Both the position numbers and the translations under genes were made by a program. From an uncultured Gemmatimonadales bacterium (GTDB lineage: Bacteria; Gemmatimonadota; Gemmatimonadetes; Gemmatimonadales; Gemmatimonadaceae): a stretch of 64,000 nucleotides of DNA. Shown piece after piece: positions 1 through 12,993 of the stretch (position 1 is its first letter; every line of letters starts with the position of its first letter). Where the stretch lies: positions 2,624,001 through 2,688,000 of the forward strand of contig OY969695.1 of NCBI GenBank assembly GCA_963701965.1, read 5' to 3'. The notes under the pieces were generated by a model. The model was not told the origin of the DNA. It saw only the letters and a program-made list of their open reading frames with translations, and searched no databases.

Positions 1-888
1 GCCGATCGCGGCCGCGCCCGCGTTGCGCCAGTGCAGTCGCAGGTACCAGACGGCGGCCGGCAGCGCAAAGGCCAGCGCGTCCACAGGGCGGATCGTGGCC
101 GCGACACCGAACGCCAGTCCGGCGCCGAACGCCAATCCCGGTCGCGGTCCATCGGCGCGGGCGACCTGGGCCGTCGCGGCGGCGCCCGCCAGGATCCAGG
201 CCAGGGCGGGCACGCAGCTCATGTGCGTGCCCGACATCAACGCGACGAAGGGCGCGAACGCGAACACGGCGACGGCGGCGGTCGCGATCCGGGCATCCGG
301 CTCGGCCGCCCGGGCAAAGGCCGCGAACGCCGCGACGGCGAGCGCGCCGAAGAACGGACCCGCGAGCCACGTCGCGCCCACGAGCACGAACGGCGTCAGC
401 ATCGCCGGACCACCCGGCGGATACTGCGAGTAGACCCGACCCCGCGCATCGACCATCTGCAGGACCGAGAAGAATTCCGGGTGGCGCGGCGCGGGCAGCC
501 AGAGGTGCCCCGACGCGAAAATCTGCGCCTGCCGCACCAAAGCGATCTCGTCGATCAGGATGGGCCGGCGCTCAAAGACCCACGCCGACACCGCGGCGTA
601 GAGGACGAATGCCGCCAGCGCGAGCGCTCCGGCGACGCGCCAAGGCCCCGCGCGGACCATCGCGCCGCCAATGGCGCGCGCTGGCCGGGCCGGCCACAGC
701 GCGGGGAAATGCCGGGAGCAGATGGCGAGCGTGACGCCCAGTCCCAGCACGATGGCCGAGCCGCTGATCCACTCGGTGCGCAGAACGCACAGGGCACCGC
801 GGCAGCCGATCAGGGGAAACAACCCGAGCGCGGCGAGCAGTGCGGTCGCGATAGGACCCCAGACGTCGGCGTAGCGCTTCGTCGGCAT
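1..888 (-). CDS. Polytopic membrane protein, GT-C (ArnT/PMT-like) glycosyltransferase candidate; runs off the window start
   Basis: Own translation from ATG 888: MPTKRYADVWG...RRPILIDE...YSQYPPG...ATIRPVDAL; many hydrophobic segments. Absent from the ORF track because it has no stop in the window. Confidence 0.6.
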   Translation of the reverse strand, partial: MPTKRYADVWGPIATALLAALGLFPLIGCRGALCVLRTEWISGSAIVLGLGVTLAICSRHFPALWPARPARAIGGAMVRAGPWRVAGALALAAFVLYAAVSAWVFERRPILIDEIALVRQAQIFASGHLWLPAPRHPEFFSVLQMVDARGRVYSQYPPGGPAMLTPFVLVGATWLAGPFFGALAVAAFAAFARAAEPDARIATAAVAVFAFAPFVALMSGTHMSCVPALAWILAGAAATAQVARADGPRPGLAFGAGLAFGVAATIRPVDALAFALPAAVWYLRLHWRNAGAAAIG

Positions 889-918
889 CGTCTCCGAAAG
901 GACGACCGACGACGGAAT

Positions 919-2842
919 TCAGCTACGCGCCCACGACCGTCGCTCGACCTCCAGGACCAGATTCTGGAGGTCACTGGGACTGAGGCCGGGAATGCGCGCG
1001 GCTTGCGCCAGGGTCCCGGGGCGGATCGCGGCCAGCTTTTGTCGCGCCTCGGTGGACAGCGATTTCATGCCCGCGTACGGCAGCTCCGCCGCGAGCGCGA
1101 ATTCCGCCATGCGCCGCAGCTTGTATGCCTGTTGGCGCTCGCGCTCGAAGTACCCCGCGTACTTGATCTCGAGATCCGCCGAGATCATGGCCCCGCGGTC
1201 CATGCCGCCACCGACGCCGCACGCCTGCAACAGATCGGCGAGCGTGAGATTCGGGCGACGGGCCAACTCGACGACCCGGACCGGCTCGTGCAGGGGGGCG
1301 CTGCCGACCTTCTCCAGTAGCGCCGCGACCATAGATGGGCGGGCGACAACATCCTCGGCCATCCGCATCGCATCTTCGGTGTCTTCCAGCCGGTGCCGGA
1401 CCATGCCGTCCTCGCGGCCTATATAGAATGTTGAGCTGTCGCCCAAAGGGACCGAGCCGGCCCAGCGCATTGTCCTGACGCACGGTAAGGCGGAACTCCG
1501 AGCGGGACGTGAAGAGCCGGTACGGCTCGTCGACCCCGCGCGTCACCAGATCGTCGATCAACACGGCAATGTACGATGTCTCGCGACCCAGCACGAATGG
1601 CGCTTGGCCCAGCGCCGCCAGACCCGCGTTGAGACCCGCCATGAGACCCTGCCCCGCGGCCTCCTCGTACCCCGTCGTGCCGTTGATCTGCCCGGCGAAG
1701 TACAGCCCGGGCATACTCTTCACGGCCAGCGTCGCGTCGAGCTGGGTGGGCGGATAGTAGTCGTATTCGATCGCGTAGCCCGGGCGCGTCATCCGCACGT
1801 TCTCGAGGCCCGGCACGCTGCGCAGCGCTTCCAGCTGCACGGAGGCCGGCAACGACGTCGACATGCCGTTCACGTACATCTCGGCGGTCTCGTGCCCCTC
1901 GGGCTCCAGGAAGAGCTGGTGCCGTTCGGCGTTCGGGAACCGGACGATCTTGTCCTCGACTGACGGACAGTAGCGGGGGCCGCGCGACGCGATGGCGCCG
2001 CCGTACATCGCCGACAGACCGATATTGTCGGCGATGATCTGCTTCGTCTCGGCGCCGGCGTAGGTGATCCAACACGGCATCTGAGCCGGGTGGCGCGTCT
2101 TTTCGCCGACCCGTCGGGGGCGTCTCCAGAACGCCGACCACGAGTAGTCGAATTGCTCGATCTCGCTCTCTTGCGGCTGGAGCTTCTTGAAATCGACCGT
2201 CCGCCCGTCGATGCGCGGCGGCGTCCCCGTCTTGAACCGGCCGACGGTGAGGCCCGCGGCCTCGAGCTGTTCGGCCAGGTGCGTGGCCGGCGCTTCCCCC
2301 GCCCGGCCGCCGGCGACCCGGGTCTCCGTGCCAATGTGCATGCGTCCGCGCAGGAACGTGCCGGACGTCACGACGACCGCGCGGGCACCGAACCGGCGGC
2401 CCTCGATCGTCTCGACCCCGGCGACGCGGTCGCCGTCGAACAGAATGCGGGCGACGGTGCCCTGGATCGTCGACAGGTCCTTGTGCTGCTCGAGGAGCGT
2501 GCGGACGGCGCGCCGATACAGGCCCCGGTCGCATTGCGCGCGCGGGGACCAGACCGCCGGACCCTTGCCGCGGTTCAGCATGCGAAACTGCACCGTGGCC
2601 ATGTCGGTGGCGCGGGCCATGATCCCACCCAGGGCGTCGACCTCGCGCACCACCGTGCCTTTGGCCACCCCGCCAATAGCCGGATTACAGGACATGTGGC
2701 CGATCGTCTCGATCGCGCTCGTCACCAGGGCCACGCGGGCGCCGGCGCGGCTGGCGGCGACGGCCGCCTCGGTGCCGGCGTGGCCGGCGCCGATCACGAC
2801 GACGTCGAAGTCGGCCTCGGTCCAGGTGGGCGGGGTGGACAT
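919..2842 (-). CDS. mnmG: tRNA uridine-5-carboxymethylaminomethyl modification enzyme MnmG/GidA (+1 frameshift at ~1427, likely sequencing error)
   Basis: VIGAGHAG, MSCNPAIGG, GPRYCPS, AGQINGTTGYEEAA, EPYRLFTSRSE; C-terminus (EIKYAGY...STEARQKL) is in ORF 919..1470. Confidence 0.95.
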
Positions 2843-2853
2843 ATATTGAAAGA

Positions 2854-3135
2854 ATGCCGCTCTCGGTGCCCGCGGGAAACCCAACTGTCTTCATCCGCCG
2901 GGAGGCGTTCGAGCGTGTCGGGCTCACGCGCGCGGCGCTCGACGCCCACCTCAATCTTACCGCGGACGAGTTTCGCGTGGAGGGCCAGCTCATCGCCATC
3001 GGACCCCTCGTCGGCGAAGAGGCGCCCGTGGCGCTCATCGAAGAGCTGGAGAACGTCGGGCTCGTGTATTTCGACGACTTCTTCGAGCTGACCGGCAATT
3101 GGCCGGAGTGGCTCCGCGTGGTCGCTGTCGGCTAA
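2854..3135 (+). CDS. Small hypothetical protein
   Basis: 93-aa protein-like ORF divergent from mnmG; TATATT 6 nt upstream of ATG. Confidence 0.75.
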   Translation: MPLSVPAGNPTVFIRREAFERVGLTRAALDAHLNLTADEFRVEGQLIAIGPLVGEEAPVALIEELENVGLVYFDDFFELTGNWPEWLRVVAVG

Positions 3136-3141
3136 ATCTGC

Positions 3142-3735
3142 CTACAGCGCGATAAGTCCACGGCGTAAGCCGAGCGCGACCGCCTCGGCCCGGGTGCCGA
3201 CCGAGAGCTTGTCGAAGATCGCGGCGAGATGCGCCTTGACCGTGTGATCGGAGATCGCGAGTCGCGCGGCGATCACCTTGTTGCCGAGACCATCGGCCAA
3301 CAGCGTCAGGACCTCGCGCTCGCGCGGCGTGAGTGGCTCGATCGCCGGCGTGCGGCCCCTGTCGGTGGCGCCGAGGATACCGTCGAGCGCCGGATCGAGC
3401 ACGATGAGTCCCGCGGCGATCGCGGCGATCGCCGCCGGTAGATCGTCGATCGCGTGCCGCCGGAGCACGGCGCGGGCGCCGGCGCGCAGCGCCGCGACAG
3501 CTTGGGCCGCTTCGTCCACGAACACCACGGACGGCACGTCCGGCACCGCCATCGGCGTCGCGACGTCGAGAACCACGACGTCGGCGCCCGCCGCGGTGAT
3601 TTCCCCAGTGAGCGCCGCACGCGACCGCGCACGCGAACGCCCGACGACCGTGATCGTCGGGTGTCGCGCCAGTATCGCGTCGACCTCGGCCAGCGCCGGC
3701 CCTGAGTCCGCGACGAGAAAAACGCGCGTGGGCAG
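3142..3735 (-). CDS. NarL/LuxR-family response regulator with degenerate receiver domain; start uncertain (CTG 3735 or GTG 3576)
   Basis: LTPREREVL...GNKVIAARLAISDHTVKAH LuxR HTH; receiver-like PTRVFLVAD lies in frame upstream of the tracked start. Confidence 0.85.
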   Translation of the reverse strand: MPTRVFLVADSGPALAEVDAILARHPTITVVGRSRARSRAALTGEITAAGADVVVLDVATPMAVPDVPSVVFVDEAAQAVAALRAGARAVLRRHAIDDLPAAIAAIAAGLIVLDPALDGILGATDRGRTPAIEPLTPREREVLTLLADGLGNKVIAARLAISDHTVKAHLAAIFDKLSVGTRAEAVALGLRRGLIAL

Positions 3736-4632
3736 TTACCGCGGGCGCTCGCCGACCGTGAGCGTGAGCTCCCGGGGCGCACCGGCCCGCACGACTTGCA
3801 CGGCGACCGGCTTACCAATGCGATCCGCGGTCAGCACGTCCATCAGATCGCCCGCATCGTGCACCGCCGAGCCCCCGGCGCTCAAGAGCACATCGCCGAT
3901 CATGAGGCCACCGCGATCCGCCGGACTTCCTGGTTCGACCGACACGACGATCGGCGCCAGATTCCCTTCGCGGCCGATCGTGGCGACGAGCGCCTCGGGC
4001 AGGCGGATGCCCGCCTGGAGCCCGAGACCGAGATATGCCCGCGGAATGCGCCCGGTGGCCAGCAGCTGCGTGACCACCCGATCGACCGTCGAGCCCGGGA
4101 TCGCGATCGCGCCCCCGCGCGTGAGCTCCGAAGTGTTGATGCCGGCGATCGCCCCCGCGGCGGTCACCAGCGCGCCACCCGAGAATCCGTCCGCGACGCG
4201 TAGGTCCAGCCGGATCAGGCGGTCGATGGTCCCCCCGCGCCACGTGCGCCACTCCGGGCCGATCGCGCTCACGATACCGAACGTCGCGGTGACGTCGGCC
4301 CCGGGGCGTCCGACCGCCAGCACCGGCGTGCCGACTGTCAGGGTGCCGCTATCGGCGACATCCGCGGCCGGCAACCCACTGCCGGTCAGGTTGAGGACCG
4401 CGAGATCCGTCGTCGGATCCCGCCCTACGATCGTAGCCGTATGGCGTCCGCCGTCGGCCGTCGTGACCACGATGTCCTCGTCGCGCTGAATCGTGTGGTT
4501 GGCGCCCACCACAATGCCGGCGCGCCACAGGACGCCGCTGGCCGGGATGCGCCGGCGCGCATGGATCGCCACCACGGCGCGCCCGGCGCGCGCGACCGCG
4601 CCGGCGAGATCAGTTGATTGAATGTCAGTCAT
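3736..4632 (-). CDS. Trypsin-like S1C serine protease with PDZ domain
   Basis: ANH, DLAVL and GFSGG triad motifs; C-terminal PDZ (GSPADRGGLMIGDV). Confidence 0.9.
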   Translation of the reverse strand: MTDIQSTDLAGAVARAGRAVVAIHARRRIPASGVLWRAGIVVGANHTIQRDEDIVVTTADGGRHTATIVGRDPTTDLAVLNLTGSGLPAADVADSGTLTVGTPVLAVGRPGADVTATFGIVSAIGPEWRTWRGGTIDRLIRLDLRVADGFSGGALVTAAGAIAGINTSELTRGGAIAIPGSTVDRVVTQLLATGRIPRAYLGLGLQAGIRLPEALVATIGREGNLAPIVVSVEPGSPADRGGLMIGDVLLSAGGSAVHDAGDLMDVLTADRIGKPVAVQVVRAGAPRELTLTVGERPR

Positions 4633-4698
4633 GCATTGAAGATGCCCGGGCGCCGCGCCGCGCCGGCATCGGCCGATCGGGGGGGATCGGGGGGGCCG

Positions 4699-4764
4699 GA
4701 CCCCGGCGCAGCCGGGATCGGTCCAACCGACCCGGGATCTCGCGACGCGGAGCGTCGCCGGATC
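4699..4764 (+). repeat. Dispersed GATC-bounded double-hairpin element, copy 1 (intergenic)
   Basis: Near-identical to 43419-43485 (reverse strand) and 52681-52747. Confidence 0.9.
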
Positions 4765-4766
4765 CC

Positions 4767-5039
4767 TTAGTGCTTCGTCAGCTCCGCGGACTTCGCTTCC
4801 GTCGGCGTCAACGGGCCGTGACGGAGCACACCCTCCCATCCACACGCAAAGCACCAACTCGTGCGGAGAAACGGGAAGAGGCGATTCCAGGTCGTCCGCT
4901 CGACGCGCAACGTCACCGCGTCGCAATTGGGACAGCGGTCCCCACGGGGCAGGATGAAGAAGAAGATCACGGTCGCGGCGGTCACCCGGAGCACAAAGAG
5001 GCCGCCAAACAGCAGGAAAAAAATCGCCGCGTCGCTCAT
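4767..5039 (-). CDS. Small membrane protein with two CxxC motifs
   Basis: Hydrophobic N-terminus; CPNC and CFAC. Confidence 0.7.
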   Translation of the reverse strand: MSDAAIFFLLFGGLFVLRVTAATVIFFFILPRGDRCPNCDAVTLRVERTTWNRLFPFLRTSWCFACGWEGVLRHGPLTPTEAKSAELTKH

Positions 5040-5064
5040 TCTGGCCCTCCCCCCGAGCGTGCCG

Positions 5065-5589
5065 CTACAAGCGCGCTTCCACCTGCAGCCACGGTTCGAC
5101 ATACGCGATCCCGTTCTCTACCCGCTCGATCGCGACTTCCGTGCCCACCTGGAGCACCGCACCGTCCAGGCCCCGCGCGTCCGACGTCTCTTCCCGGCCG
5201 CCGTTCTCGAACGCGATCACGCCCTCCGTGCCGTCCCCGGTCACCCGCAGCACGCGCGCGATACAACCCTGCAGGATGTAGCGCTCATCGACGACCTCGG
5301 CCTTGGCCGCCGGAATCGCCCACCCCGCGACGAGCGTGAGCGCGAGCGCGACGCCAGCCAAGCCGACGGCGCCCGCGATGGAGAGCACGGCCACGGGACT
5401 CAACGCCGTGTACCGCGTGAGCGGATACCCCGTGGCGCCGAAGACCGTGGCAAACGCGGCGACCGTCGGAATGTCGAGGGCAAACCGCCGCCGACCCGGG
5501 CGCCGGGCCGGCCGCTCGACACCGTGCAGCATCGCAAACACGGCGAGGACGAGGCCGATCAAGAAGGCGCAGACGAACGTGAGCCGCAT
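5065..5589 (-). CDS. NfeD-like membrane protein
   Basis: Three TM segments plus OB-fold-like C-terminus (GTEVAIERVENGIAYVEP). Confidence 0.7.
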   Translation of the reverse strand: MRLTFVCAFLIGLVLAVFAMLHGVERPARRPGRRRFALDIPTVAAFATVFGATGYPLTRYTALSPVAVLSIAGAVGLAGVALALTLVAGWAIPAAKAEVVDERYILQGCIARVLRVTGDGTEGVIAFENGGREETSDARGLDGAVLQVGTEVAIERVENGIAYVEPWLQVEARL

Positions 5590-5629
5590 GGAGGCGAAGA
5601 ATATCGTACAAACGCACAAGAAGAAGTTG

Positions 5630-5672
5630 CGATATATCTTTGCTTGTATTACGATATTACGTACGTAATATC
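5630..5672. promoter_or_regulatory. Putative PadR operator/promoter region
   Basis: Perfect 20-bp palindrome GATATTACGTACGTAATATC (5653-5672) plus GATATATC, AT-rich, between divergent genes. Confidence 0.6.
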
Positions 5673-5692
5673 TTTACCGAGGAGGTCGGTAT

Positions 5693-6274
5693 ATGTTCGG
5701 GGAGCACAGGAGAGGCGCACGCGGCGCGTGGGGGTTCGGGGATTCCGGGTTCTGGGGACCGGGCTTCGCCACAGGTCGCGGCGGACGGTGGCGCGGCGGG
5801 CGCATGTTCGAGCAGGGGGATCTCAAATACGTGATCCTCAAGTTGCTCAGCGAGAAACCGCGGCACGGCTACGAGATCATCAAGGCCATGGAGGAGAAAA
5901 TGGGCGGCGCGTATTCACCGAGCCCCGGCGCGGTGTATCCCACCCTCCAATTCCTCGAGGACGCGGGGTACGCGCGGACGACCGTCGACGAAGGCGGCCG
6001 CAAGATCTACGAGATCACCGCGGAAGGGAAAACGTATCTGGAGCAGAACAAGTCGAGCGTCGACGAAGTCTTCGATCGCATCGCGCAGTTCGCGGGCAGT
6101 TTCTTCGGGGGCCCCATGGTCGAAGTGCACCATGCCTTCAAGAACATCGCGCGGGCGACCTACAGCACGGCGACCAAGACGCACGACCCCGAGTTGCTCA
6201 GGAAAATCCGGGAGATCTTGAACCGCGCGACCGCTGAGATCGAGGCGGTGGGCAAGCCGACCACGAACGTCTGA
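5693..6274 (+). CDS. PadR-family transcriptional regulator
   Basis: LKYVILKLLSEKPRHGYEII...YSPSPGAVYPTL; strong SD GAGGAGG. Confidence 0.93.
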   Translation: MFGEHRRGARGAWGFGDSGFWGPGFATGRGGRWRGGRMFEQGDLKYVILKLLSEKPRHGYEIIKAMEEKMGGAYSPSPGAVYPTLQFLEDAGYARTTVDEGGRKIYEITAEGKTYLEQNKSSVDEVFDRIAQFAGSFFGGPMVEVHHAFKNIARATYSTATKTHDPELLRKIREILNRATAEIEAVGKPTTNV

Positions 6275-6277
6275 CCG

Positions 6278-7239
6278 TCAGCAACCCGTGTAGGCGCTGT
6301 TCCACCGCACGCGCCAATGCCCCGGGCCGGCACGCTCGATGAGCGTGTACGCGCCGCCGTCGCCGTAGTCGCGACCCACGACCAGCGACGGCGCGCGGCC
6401 CGGACCGAGGCGCACGGCGGCGAGCGCATCGCTGGACTCGACGTCATCCTCCGAGCCCGACGCGCGCTCCGAGTAGGCCGCGACGTACGACACCGGACCC
6501 GCGGCCGGCGGATGCGCGCTGTCGCGCTCGGCGATCAGCAAAATGTGCTCTTCGCGCGGGCTCGCCTCCTCGTTCAGGTGGCGCACGAGCACCGCGACCA
6601 AGGCGTCGATCCCCGGCGCGACCGGGAAGCGATTGGCGTGTTGGATTTCGTAGGGCACCCCGCGGAATGACACCGCCGTGTCGTTGGGCAGCGCCGCGGC
6701 CAGGCGCGTGATCTCCGCCGCGCGGCGGGCCGAGTCGGCCGGCGAGAGCATGGGCACGGAGTCCATGGCGATCGCGGTGGCGTGCCCCGCCACGAAACCG
6801 ACGGTCCATGGGCCGGGCACGCCGCCCGCCGTGCGATCCAGGGCGCGCACGCGTCCCGACGGCCACGCCGTGCAGTCACCCCCGAGCACGCCGGCCGACG
6901 TGGGCACGATGCTCGCCGCCCCGACGGCGCCGCCGCGGGCAAAGAGATCGGCGCGCGCCTGCGAGACGACGCCCGTGTCGAGCGCCGACACGGTGCCGAG
7001 CGTGCTGTCGGTGTAGTGCGGGAACACGAGCGCGGCGTCGGTCTCGTTGCTGCCGGCGACGAAGAGCACCGGACCCATGTCCGCGTCCGCCCAGCCCGCC
7101 AGCGCATCGCTCGACGGCGGCGCCGCGGTCGATGTGGCGCCGTTCCCCGACGGCGCCGCGGAGCGCGCCCGCTCGCACGAGGCCAGCGTCAACGCCAGTG
7201 CCAGCGCGCCGGCAGCGACTGTCGCGATCCGCGATCCGC

Positions 7240-7243
<4 letters not shown>
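6278..7243 (-). CDS. Hypothetical lipoprotein
   Basis: Signal peptide with LASC lipobox; ATGA overlap with the polA stop. Confidence 0.75.
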
Positions 7244-10098
<2,855 letters not shown>

Positions 10099-10103
10099 GC
10101 GAG

Positions 10104-10127
10104 CTGAAAGTTACACTGAAAGTTACA
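10104..10127. repeat. 12-bp direct repeat (CTGAAAGTTACA x2) just upstream of polA
   Basis: Seen directly in the sequence. Confidence 0.85.
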
Positions 10128-10755
10128 CGTGTCCCGTGAGACGTGACGCGAGGATGAGGACGGCGGCCGTCGCGGCGACGACGCGGACGTTGTCGTCGAT
10201 CGCCGAACGCGGCCACTCGGCGGCAGTGCCGGCGGCGGCGACCGCCAGTGCCAGCGGCGCCGAGAGGGCCGCCAGACCGTATGCGCCGGCGAATGTCGCC
10301 ACGAAGCACGCCGCGCTGCCCTCGAACGACTTGCCCGAGAGAGACGGCCCTCGCGCCAAAGGCCCGCTTGCCGGCCGGGGCAAAAGCCGGCCGCCGAGGA
10401 CGATCCCGATGAGCGCAGCGCTGGCGTCGCCGACCGACGCGGCCCACGTCACCGCGATCGCGTCCTGCACCGGTAGCAGCCAGACCGCCGCGCCCAGCGC
10501 CGCGAGGAGCCACGTCGCGCCGGTCCAGTGATCGCGGCGCTCGGACTCGCGGAGGAGCGGCCCGACGCTCCGCGTGAACAGCGTGTCCACGACGGCGGCG
10601 CGCCGGCGGGCGATTTCGAGAGCGATCGCCAGCACCAACATCGCCGCCAACGCCTGGGCGGCGCGCGCGGCCGGAAAACCCGACGCGAGCGCGATGGGAA
10701 CGGCGGCGAACGCGAGATGCAACAACTTACGCGCCAGCTCGCGCGACAACGCCAT
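10123..10755 (-). CDS. Dolichol/phytol kinase-like (CTP-dependent polyprenol kinase family) membrane protein
   Basis: RKLLH, GDASAALIG, KSFEGS, DDNV motifs. Confidence 0.82.
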   Translation of the reverse strand: MALSRELARKLLHLAFAAVPIALASGFPAARAAQALAAMLVLAIALEIARRRAAVVDTLFTRSVGPLLRESERRDHWTGATWLLAALGAAVWLLPVQDAIAVTWAASVGDASAALIGIVLGGRLLPRPASGPLARGPSLSGKSFEGSAACFVATFAGAYGLAALSAPLALAVAAAGTAAEWPRSAIDDNVRVVAATAAVLILASRLTGHV

Positions 10756-10760
10756 CCGGC

Positions 10761-12005
10761 TCACCGGTGCGTTCTCGCGCGCGCCAGGATCGCCGGCAGC
10801 TCGGCGCGGCACCGCGCCGTCAGCCGCCACGCGCCGGTCGCCGGGTCGGCGACGAACACCAGCCGCGAGAAATACCGTGTGTAAGCCCAGATCTCGGCCA
10901 TCCGGTCCTCGACATACACTTGGTCGGGCTCCCCGAGCCTGAGATATACGCCGCCGCGATCGGTCTCCCAGCCGGGCACCGGTTCGCCCCGATACCGCTC
11001 GTTGGCTTCGTGCACCCGGTCGACGTAGTCAATCAGAAGATCTCCGCGCCCCGCTAAAAGCGCCGCCCACACCGCCGGCCGGCGCGCCGGCGCCGCGGCA
11101 CGCAGCGAATCCAACTGGTCCGGCGCCGCGAAATATCGAAGCATCGCGACCAATTGGTCGAACGACACCGCCGGGACCCGGCTCCCAAATCCCACGAAAA
11201 CAGGGACGGCGGCGCTGTCCGTGCCCGTCGAAATCATCACCGACGCCTCGCCCAGACCGAGCCGCGCCACCGGCACCAGGACCACGCCGCTTGCGAGATC
11301 CCTGCCACGCTTCGCGTTGCGAGACAGCGAGACCGTGTCGCTCCAGACCTCCGCCTGCGCGACGCGCGCCGTGACCCGCACGGGACCCTCGAGGCCATAT
11401 GCTTCGAGATACAACGCGATGGCGCTGTCGCGCCCGACGATGGCCGTCGCGCGCGGGCGGGCAATGACGCGGAGCGGCGACGCCCGGTACGCCCGTGGCG
11501 TCGCCTCGTACACCGGGATCGGGCTCGCGAGTCCCCGCGCCGCGAAGCGCGGCACGGCCAGCGGCCACGATCGCGTCCCGAACGCGACCGTGTAAGACCC
11601 CGGCGCCAACGCGGTCGTCACGCCGAAGACGATCGACTCCGTGAGACCGCCGGCGGGCGTCTGCGTCGAGCGGGTCATGGCCGAAGCGTTGATCCGCCGG
11701 ACGATCGTATCGCCGCGCGTGATGTCGATGGTGATCGCGTCCCGCGGCGGGTACGCGTACGACAACGCGACCAGCGCCAGGGTCGAATCCAATGTCGTGC
11801 CGGCGACGAACGCTACTTGCGCGACCACCGGGCTGGGCGCGTCCCACACGATGAGCCCGTGGCGCTCGTACTCAGCCATGGCGGCCGCCATCTGCTCGGC
11901 GGCCGCGTTCGGCACCGCACGGGGCCGGGCCACGGGTGTCGGCGGGGTGCGCGCGCACGCCGCGATACCGGCCGCGGCGGCGCCCGCGCGCCACGCGCGT
12001 GTCAT
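10761..12005 (-). CDS. GWxTD-domain lipoprotein
   Basis: GWETDRGGVYLRLGEPD; IAAC lipobox. Confidence 0.82.
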   Translation of the reverse strand: MTRAWRAGAAAAGIAACARTPPTPVARPRAVPNAAAEQMAAAMAEYERHGLIVWDAPSPVVAQVAFVAGTTLDSTLALVALSYAYPPRDAITIDITRGDTIVRRINASAMTRSTQTPAGGLTESIVFGVTTALAPGSYTVAFGTRSWPLAVPRFAARGLASPIPVYEATPRAYRASPLRVIARPRATAIVGRDSAIALYLEAYGLEGPVRVTARVAQAEVWSDTVSLSRNAKRGRDLASGVVLVPVARLGLGEASVMISTGTDSAAVPVFVGFGSRVPAVSFDQLVAMLRYFAAPDQLDSLRAAAPARRPAVWAALLAGRGDLLIDYVDRVHEANERYRGEPVPGWETDRGGVYLRLGEPDQVYVEDRMAEIWAYTRYFSRLVFVADPATGAWRLTARCRAELPAILARARTHR

Positions 12006-12078
12006 CGTACGGATCGCGAACAATTCACGGACGTTTCATAGTTGCGCCTCCCCGAACCGGACGGTTACCTTCGCGGAC

Positions 12079-12982
<904 letters not shown>

Positions 12983-12993
<11 letters not shown>

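Noticed and set aside
4675..4697. G-quadruplex at two G7 runs
   Set aside because: Only two long runs, and homopolymer lengths are unreliable in this assembly
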